DNA from: Phycisphaerae bacterium
GTDB taxonomy: Bacteria; Planctomycetota; Phycisphaerae; SM23-33
Direction of reading: 5' to 3'
Assembly (NCBI GenBank): GCA_041687095.1
Contig: JAWLCQ010000001.1
Coordinates: forward strand, 25,664 to 89,663
Length of the DNA stretch: 64,000 bases
Part shown: positions 52,001 through 61,000 of the stretch, piece by piece
How positions within the stretch are numbered: position 1 is the first letter of the stretch
Layout: the number at the start of each line of letters is the position of its first letter
Notes under the pieces: model-generated
What the model was told of the DNA's origin: nothing
What the model saw: the letters and a program-made list of their open reading frames with translations, nothing else
Database searches by the model: none
Position numbers and translations under genes: made by a program

Positions 52001-55000
52001 GCAACCGCTTCACGGGCGAAGGGGCCGCGGGCGTGGTGTTGGGCACATCGGCGATGGCGATGGTCTCGGGCAACAGCTACCGCGGGTACGTGGGGCAGTA
52101 CGGGCTGCGCACGGGGGGCCGGTTCAGCGCGTTCGTCGCCGACAACGAGATCGCCGGGACCGTCGCGTCCGTCTGGGCCGACGACGGCGGGTCGGTGTAC
52201 CTGCGCGGCAACACGATCAGCGGGAGCGTCGTGCTTCGCGGCGACCGCGACAACGTGGTCCGCGGGAACACCATTACCGGCGACGTGCGCCTCATCGCAC
52301 CGGCCGATCCGAACTGGGGCCAGATCGTCTGGCCGGGCGAGTGGGTGGAGGCCAACGCCCTGGCGCCCCTCCCCTACGACGAGGCGTTCTCCCAGGCGAT
52401 CGTGGGCAACGTGATCTCCGGGGCAGTCCGCGTCGAGTACGCGACAGCCACCCTCATCGAGGGCAACGTGTCCCTGGGCTCGGTGGTGGTGGCCGCGGGG
52501 AACAAGAACACGCAGATCCCGATCATCGTGCGGCTGAACGAGTCCATCGACGCCGGGGCGGGCGTCGCCGTCGAGGTGACGGGCCTGTCGTGGGCGGACA
52601 TCACCGACAACGCCCTGATCCGCGGGGCCACGGGCGTGCTCATCGACACCAGCGACCTGTGCACCGTCAGCGGGAACCTCATCGACGCGACGCAGTACGG
52701 CCTGCGGATCGTCAACGCCGGCAGCATGCTGGCGATGGAGAACCGCATCGACGCGGGCGTCGAGGGCGTCCGCATCGAGGGCAACTACTTCGTGCGGCTG
52801 GAGGGCAACGAGATCTCGGGCGGAGAGTCTTCGATCCGCGGGATCGGCAGTTGGGTGGTCCCGCGGGTGACGGGCAACCGCCTGACGGGCGGCGTGTGGT
52901 TCGAGGGCGACGGGCTGCTCGTCCCCCCCATGCTCCGCCGCCTGGGGCAGTTCCGCGAGAACGACGTCGACGGGACCGTGACGATCGACACCGGGCACCG
53001 CCTGGAAGTCCTCGGGAACCTCCTGCGGACCGGGCGACTCACCGTGACGACGGGGGGCAATGCGACGGTTTCGGACAACCTCGTGAACCAGGAGATGATT
53101 CTCACGATCGGCGGGTCCGCCGACGTGTCGTGGAACCTCGTGGACCTGGGCGACCTGCGCCTGACCGTCGCTTCGGGGCAGGCGTGGACCGTGTCCGACA
53201 ACACGCTCACCGGCGGATACGTCGGCGGGGGCGACCTCGTCGTCAGCGGCGGGACGCGGGCGCAGGCCCAGGGCAATACGGTTGTCAACGGCGACCTGCG
53301 AGTCACGATCACCGACGCCCCGACGTCTGCGACGCCCGCGAGCGTCCTCACCGACAACACGGTCTCCGGCGTCCTGTCGCTCGTCGGCGGGCCTGGCGCG
53401 GACATCCACGACAACCCGTCGCTCGGCGGTCTGCACGTGGCCATCGGCGGGGCGTGGGGGCAGGCGGATCGGGCCTGGCACACGCGGATCACCAACAACC
53501 CGGTCATCACCGGGGACTCCCACGAGGGGCGCGGGACGATCGACGTGACCGTGCCCGGGACGCTGCTGGTGAGCGGCAGCGTGGTGCAGCGCGGGCACAG
53601 CTACTTCACGGCGGCCGGGGCTGTGCGGATCGAGGGCAACGACTTCGTCGCGGGCGACCTGTTCGTCGCCATCCCCGGCGACAGCGGGACCTTCGGCGAG
53701 GCCCCCAGCGTTCTGGCGGGCAACTGGGTGCGGGCGGGGAGCGTGTGGTACAGCGGGGGGGGCGGGCTGGACCTCTACGACAACCCGATCCTCGACCGCA
53801 CGGTGGACATCGAGATCACCCAGCCGTGGACGGCCATGCCCGCGGGGCGGATGTACCACACCCGCGTCTTCACCACTCCGGGCGGGGCGCAGGCCATCGG
53901 CAACCTGCTCCTCGACATCCCCGGATCCGCCGAGGTGCGGGACACGCACTTCGACGGGTCGTGGGGCCTGCAGATCGGCGGGTCGAGCCTCGTGGGGCAC
54001 CTCGTCGAGAACGTCACGACGACATTCGGTGGGATCACGATCACGTCGGGCCCGGCGGCAACCCTGCGCGGGAACACCGTGTGGGGCGGGGTGACGGTGA
54101 ACGTGGCGGGCAACGAGTTGCCCGCGGGGACGGACTGGGCGACGGTCGTCGAGGACAACACCGTCAGCGACGGGATCTGGCTGAACCTCGACACGCGCGC
54201 GGAGGTCCGCCGCAACACCATCACCGAGAGCGGGCAGGCCTTCAGCGACGGCAGCCTGCGGATCGCGGGCGCGGCCGACAGCGGGCACGTGGTCACGGGC
54301 AACACGATCCACGGCGGCATCGAGATCACCAGCGGGCCGTGCGCGACGATCGAGGGCAACTCGCTGGCGTTCGGGAGCATCGTCCTGAACATCCCGGACG
54401 ACGAGGTCATCGTCGGGCAGGCGAACGTCACGCACATCCGCGGGAACGTGCTGGCGATGGGCGGGGTCTCGGCCCGCCTGGGCGCCGCCGCCGTCATCGA
54501 ACCGCTCGCCCTCAGCGGCGGGGGCGAACAGCCCAACGTGGTGAGCTTCCTCACGCTGACGGGCAGCTCGGCCGCCGCGCACCAGGTCCGCGGGAACCGC
54601 GTGACGGGCGACATCAGCGTCTCCGCCGGCCCGGCGGTCGTCATTGAGGACAACACCGGCCCGCTGGCGAGCGATCCGCTGGGGACGATCCGCGTCCGCC
54701 TCGGGGGGGCGGGGCAGGACGGGAGCATCGTGTCCGGCAACCGCGCGGGGACGATCGACCTTCAACTCGCCTCCGGCGGGACGATCGGCCACAACACCGC
54801 CGGCGCGGGCATGCTCCTGACGCTCGGCAACGCCGGTGGGGTGCTGCACAATACCGTGCTCGGCGGCGGGATGGCCCTCGCCGGCAGCGGCGGGGACGGG
54901 CATCTTGTGCAGGGCAACGTCGTCACGGGTGGGGTGCGAGTTTCCGCCTCGGCGGCCATCGCCCACGACATCACGGGCAACACGATTTCGGGCGCAGCGT

Positions 55001-58000
55001 ACGGCCTGGAAGTCACCGGGGGCGCCCCGGCCACGGTGCACGACAACGTCCGCATCGAGGGCGATTCCATCGGGATCCGCATCGTCGGCAACGCCCGCGT
55101 CACCGTCGAGGACAACCCCGCGATCCTCGGGACCGCCTGGGGCGTCTGGGCGGACGGGGACGGGGCCGTGCTGACGATCCGCGGCAACGACATTGTCGGG
55201 GGCGTCTACGTGGACAGCCTGCTGGGGGCCCTCATCGAGTCCAACGAGATCCACGACGGGACCACGGGCGTGTACCTCACGGGCGGCTCGACGGACGTGG
55301 TGCGCGGGAACGTCGTCCGCGGGTTCTCGACGGGCGTGCAGTTCCTGTCCGCGGCGGCCGAGGCGTACGGTAACGAGATTCACTCCAACGTCACGGGCGT
55401 CCGCACGCCGGCGACGCTGGGCGGTTCGGATTGGATCGCCCCCAACGCCATCCACCACAACACGGTGGGCGTCGAGGCCCTGGCGGGGGCGACGGTCCGC
55501 TTCAATCGCCTCGAGGCCAACGCCATCGGCATCGACGCCGCCGGCAGCGTCTCGGTGCATCACAACGTCCTGGCGGACAACAGCGCCCAGGGCGTGCTGG
55601 TCGACGCGGCCTCCAACGTGCAGGTGGTGAACAATACCATTGTGACCGCCGACGGGTTCGGCGACGGGGTGGTGGTGCAGGGCGGGTCCTCCGGGGCAGC
55701 GGTGCGGAACAACATCCTCTGGTCGCGCGGCGGGTACGGGCTGTACGTCGCGAACGACTCGCAGGTGGGCCTCGCCAGCGACTACAACAACCTGTACGCC
55801 TCGGGCAGCGGGCGCGTCGTGTGGTACCAGAGGGCGTACGACGACCTGCTGGACTGGCAGCTCGATTCGCTATACGACGCGCACTCGATCGGCTACACGC
55901 GGATCGACCCGCTGCGGGACGACCCGCGCTTCGTCGACCCCGCCGGCGGCGACTACCGCGTGCAGATGGGCTCGACGGGCATCGACCGCGGCGACCCGGC
56001 GAGCGATTTCACGCTCGAACCGTCCGTCAGCGGCGGGCGGATCAACCTTGGTGCGTTCGGTGGGACGAGCGAGGCCGCCCAGTCCTCGGCGGCGTATCTG
56101 CGCGTCGAGTACCCCGACTTCCACGCGGACTGGCAGGTGGACCGCGCGCGGAACATCCGCTGGTCGCAGTGGAACGTCGCGGGCGACGTGCGCGTCGAGG
56201 TCTACCGCACCGACGGGACGCCGGCCGCCGCGGTGGGGACGTTCGCGGCGGCGGCGGGCGAGTGCAGTTGGAGCCCCCGGATGGCTGGGCTTTCGGTGGA
56301 CCTCTCGCAGGGCTATCGCGTCCGCGTGACGTCCGTGAGCGACGGGAGCGTCTTCGCCGAGTCCCGCGAGCCGTTCTACGTCGTCCCCGTCGGGGGCACG
56401 TTCTACGTCAACGACGCCCTCACGGGCGACGACCAGTACACGACGGCCGCCGGGGACAACCGCAACCCGGGCCTGTCGCCCGACGCGCCCAAGGCGAGCG
56501 TCCTGGCGACCCTGCGCCTCTACGACCTCGGGGCGGGCGACGTCATCCGCATCGACGACGGGTACTACCCCCTGCCCACCAACCTGCTGCTGGGCGGGCC
56601 GGGGAGCGCGGGCGACGACGAGGGCGTACACCTCGACGGGCCGACGCTCGCGGGCAGCGAGGCCGTCCTCGACCGCGTCGTCACCCGCGCGGGGACGATC
56701 GCCGTGGACGTGAACCGCGCCGACGGGATCGAGCTGCGGAACCTCACGATCCGCAACGGTCAGCGCACGCTGTGGGTCCGCGAGGGGTCCGAGCGGTTCG
56801 TGGGTGAGCACCTGGACATCTCGGGCAGCGCGCTCGACGGGATCCGCATCGAGAGCGGCTGCGAGGACGTGTGGCTCCAGTCGCTGCGGGTGCATGGCAA
56901 CGGTGGGGCGGGCGTGTACGCCGCTCCTGCCCGGGTCACCCTCCTCGACAGCGAGATCGCCAACAACGCAGGAACGGGCGTTTCCTTGCCCGCGGCGGGT
57001 GCGGCGCGCATCGAGGGCAATACCGTCAGTGGGAACGCGGCAGGCATCGTCATCACGCACGCCGTCGCGGGCACGACGGCCATCGTTGGCTCGCTGGGGC
57101 ACGGCAACCTCGTGCGGAGCAATGCGGGCGACGGGATCACCGCGGTGGGCCGCGTGCTGGTCGAGGGCAACACGGTGTCGGGGCACACGGGGGCGGCGGG
57201 CATCCGCATCACCGAGGGCACGTCGGCGTATCCCGAGGCGAACGACAACGTCGTCAGCGGCAACGCGACGGGGATCGAGTCCAACACCCGCGCCTCGGTG
57301 CGCGGGAACCTGGTGTACGACAACGCCGTCCACGGCATCCGCGCGCGCGGGAGCGAGACCCTCGCGAACAACGTCGTTCACGACAGCGGCGTGGGCATCC
57401 AGCTCTGGTCGTACTACACCGGGACAATCGAGCACAACGTACTGTACGCCAACGCGACGGCCGCGGTGCGCGTCACGGGCCCCAGCACCGGGGCGATCTC
57501 GCTGCGCCACAACACCATCCATCAGACCGCCGGGGACGGCGTGCGGCTGGAAACCACCGCCGACGGTGTGACGCTCGATAACAACATCATCGTCGTCGAG
57601 GGCGGGTACGGGATCTACGTCTCCGACAACAGCCAGCCGGGCTTCTCCAGCGACGACAACCTGCTCCGCGCCACGGGCGGGGGGCGCGTGGGGTACTGGC
57701 AGGGCGAAGCGGGCAGCCTGGCGCAGTGGCGGCAGGCGTCGGGGCAGGACTCGCGCAGCCTGTCGGACGACCCGCGGTTCGTCAATGCGGCCGGCGGCGA
57801 CTACCACCTCCAGAGCCTTACCGGCAGCATGCACGGGGGGACGCTGGCGGTGGTGCTCGACGGGGCGACGGGCCTGCCCGTCGCGGCGGCGGGGACCCTG
57901 GAGTTCGACGGGGCCCAGTCGCCCGCCATCGACCGCGGGCGGGCGGGCAGCGCGTACGATCAGGAGCCGGCCCCCCACGGGGCGTTCGCGAACCTCGGGG

Positions 58001-61000
58001 CGTACGGGAACACTCCGCAGGCGTCGCGCAGCCCGGTGAGCTACGTCATGCTCCTGACCCCCGAGGGCGGGAGCGTGGTGATGACCGGGCGGTCTGCCAC
58101 CGTCCGCTGGCGGAGCGAGGGCTTCACCGGTGCGGTGGACATCGAACTGCTCCGCGGGGGGGCGTTCCTGCGGACCGTCGCCACCGGCGTCGCCAACAGC
58201 GGCGAGTACGCCTGGATCGCCCCCGCCGACCTGCCCGCGGGCAGCGACTACTCGCTCCGCATCACCCGCCCCGGCGGGGTGTCGGGCGCCAGTGCCACGT
58301 TCAGCGTCGAGGCCTTCCAGGGCGTGTACTACGTCAATGACGGTTCGGTGAACGGTGACGGGGCCGACTGGACCACGGCGGCGGGGGCGATGGGCAACAC
58401 CGGCCTGAGCCCCGACTCGCCCAAGGCGTCCATCGCGGCCGTCTTCGAGAGCTACGAGCTGGTCCCGGGCGACGTCATCTACGTCGACGCGGGCGTGTAC
58501 ACGCTGTCGAGCAACCTGCTGCTGACGGCCGCCCAGAGCGGGATCCGGATCGTGGGCTACCATGACGACGCCCACCCGGATCGCCAGGCGGTGTTGGACC
58601 GCGCCAACACGCTCGCCGGCAGCTACGCCATACAGCTCTCGGGCGCCTCGGGCGCCTCCCTGGAGCACCTGTCGTTCACCGGGGCGTACTCCGGCATCTA
58701 CGCCGCCGACGCCGTGGTCTCCGACGGGATCCGCATCGAGAACTGCCGCTTCTACGGCAATGAGACGTGGGGCGTGTGGCTGGGGGCGGGATCCGCCAAC
58801 GTCGTCGTCGAGGGAAGCCACTTCAGCGGCATGGCCGTTGCGGGCATCGACCAGAGGGGCGGCGTGTATCTCGGCGGCAGCGGGGCGCAGGTGCGCGGCA
58901 GCACCATGCACGACTTCGCCCTCGACTGGTACTACGGGATCGAGACCACCGGGGCGGACGCGACGGTCGATGGCAACACGATCACGAACGTCTTCAATGG
59001 CCTCCATGTGACGGGCGTCCGCTCGATGGTGAGCGGGAATACCGTGAGCGGGGGACGGACGGGCATGAACCTGTCGGGCTTCTCCAACGTCGCCGACTGG
59101 ATCGAAGCCTCGGGCAATATCGTGCACGGGCAGACGTGGCAGGGCATCTACGCCGGTAGCGGCGTGCGGGTCGTGGGCAACACCGTCTACAACGTGATCC
59201 ACTCGGAGCACACCGGGTCGCCCTCGGGGGCGATCCACGCCACGGGCGACATCCTCGATAACGTCGTGTACGCCAGCACCTGGGGCATCCGCTCGGGCGG
59301 GTACACGGGCATGACGGTCCGCGGGAACCTGGTGTACGGCTGCACCATCGGGATCTTCACCTGCTCGGGCACGCTGGAGGCCAACGAACTCCGCAACAAC
59401 GTGACCGGGATCAAGATCAGCGGGTACTACGAGGGCGTCGTCCGCAACAACCTCATCCGCGACAACACCCAGGCGGGCCTGGTGGTGTACGCCACCACGC
59501 CCTACGGGACGCGCCTGGTTGAGAACAACACCTTCCATCAGCCCACCGGCGACGCCATCCGCCTCCAGGAGACGGCCCTCAACGTCATCCTCCGCAACAA
59601 CATCATCCACGTCGGGGGCGGCTATGGCGTGTACGTGAGCAACGACAGCCAGAGCAGCCTGACCAGCGACTACAACCTGATCCACACCACCGGCAGCGGG
59701 AAGGCGGGCTACTGGCAGAGCGACCGCGCCACGCTCGCCGACTGGCGAAGCGCGACCGGAAAGGACGCCTGGAGCCTCTCGCAGGACCCGCTCTTCGTCG
59801 ACCCCGCGGGCGGGGACTTCCACCTCCAGAGCCCCCACGGCAGTTACCACGGCGGCCGGCTGGCCGTCGCGCTCGACTCCGCCACCGGCCTGCCCGTCTC
59901 CGTCGCGGGCCAGTGGGTCTCCGACGCCGCGCAGTCCCCCGCCATCGACCGCGGAGACGCGGGCGTCAGCTACGCCAACGAGCCCGCCCCCAACGGGGCG
60001 TTCGTCAACCTCGGAGCCTTCGGGGGCACCGCCCAGGCGTCCCGCAGCCCCGACGCGTACCTGACCGTCCTGTCCCCGTCTGCGGGGGAGACGTGGATGA
60101 CTAACCGCACGTCCGTCCTCCGTTGGCGCAGCCAGGACATGGATGGGGCGGTCGCCATCGAACTGCTTCGCGGGGGGACCGTGCAGAGCGTCATCGCCGC
60201 TTCCGCCCCCAACAGCGGCTCGTACGAGTGGCTGCTGCCCCGCGAACTAGCCGAGGCGGGCGACTACTCCATCCGCATCACCCGCTCGGGAGAGGTGGTG
60301 GGGCAGAGCGGGACGTTCAGCATCGTCCCGGCCGCGGCGGCTTACTACGTCAACGACGGTTCGGTCAACGCCGCGGGCGACTGGACGACGGCGGCCGGTA
60401 ACGATGCCGCCGACGGGCTCACGCGCTCGACTCCGCGGTCGTCGATCGCGGCGATTCTCGCGAGCTATCAGCTTTCCGCGGGCGACGTCATCTACGTGGA
60501 CGCGGGCGTCTACACGCTGTCGAGCAACCTGGTGCTGTCGGCGGCGCAGAGCGGGATCCGCATCGTCGGATACCACGACGAGGCCCACGAGGACCGCCGC
60601 GCCGAACTTCGCCGAGGCAACACCTCGAGTTCCAGCTACGCCATCCAACTCGCCGGGGCCGCCGACGTGAGCCTCGAACACCTGCACATCACGGGCGCCT
60701 ACCACGGGGTCTACGCGGCCAACTCGGCCGGGGCGACGGGGCTGACGATCCTCGACTGCACGATCTACGGCAACAGCAGCTACGGCGTGTGGGTGGGGAC
60801 GGGCAACCACGGCGCCGGCGTGGCCGACAGCGAACTGCACGGGCTGCTGTACAACGGCGTGCGGCAGGTGGACGGGGTGTACCTGGGAGGCAACTCGTCG
60901 CGGGTCATCGACAGCTACCTGCACGGCCACTCCAGCGGGAACAGCGACGCCATCGAACTCCCCGGGACCGACGCGGTGGTGAGCGGCAACGTGCTGGTGA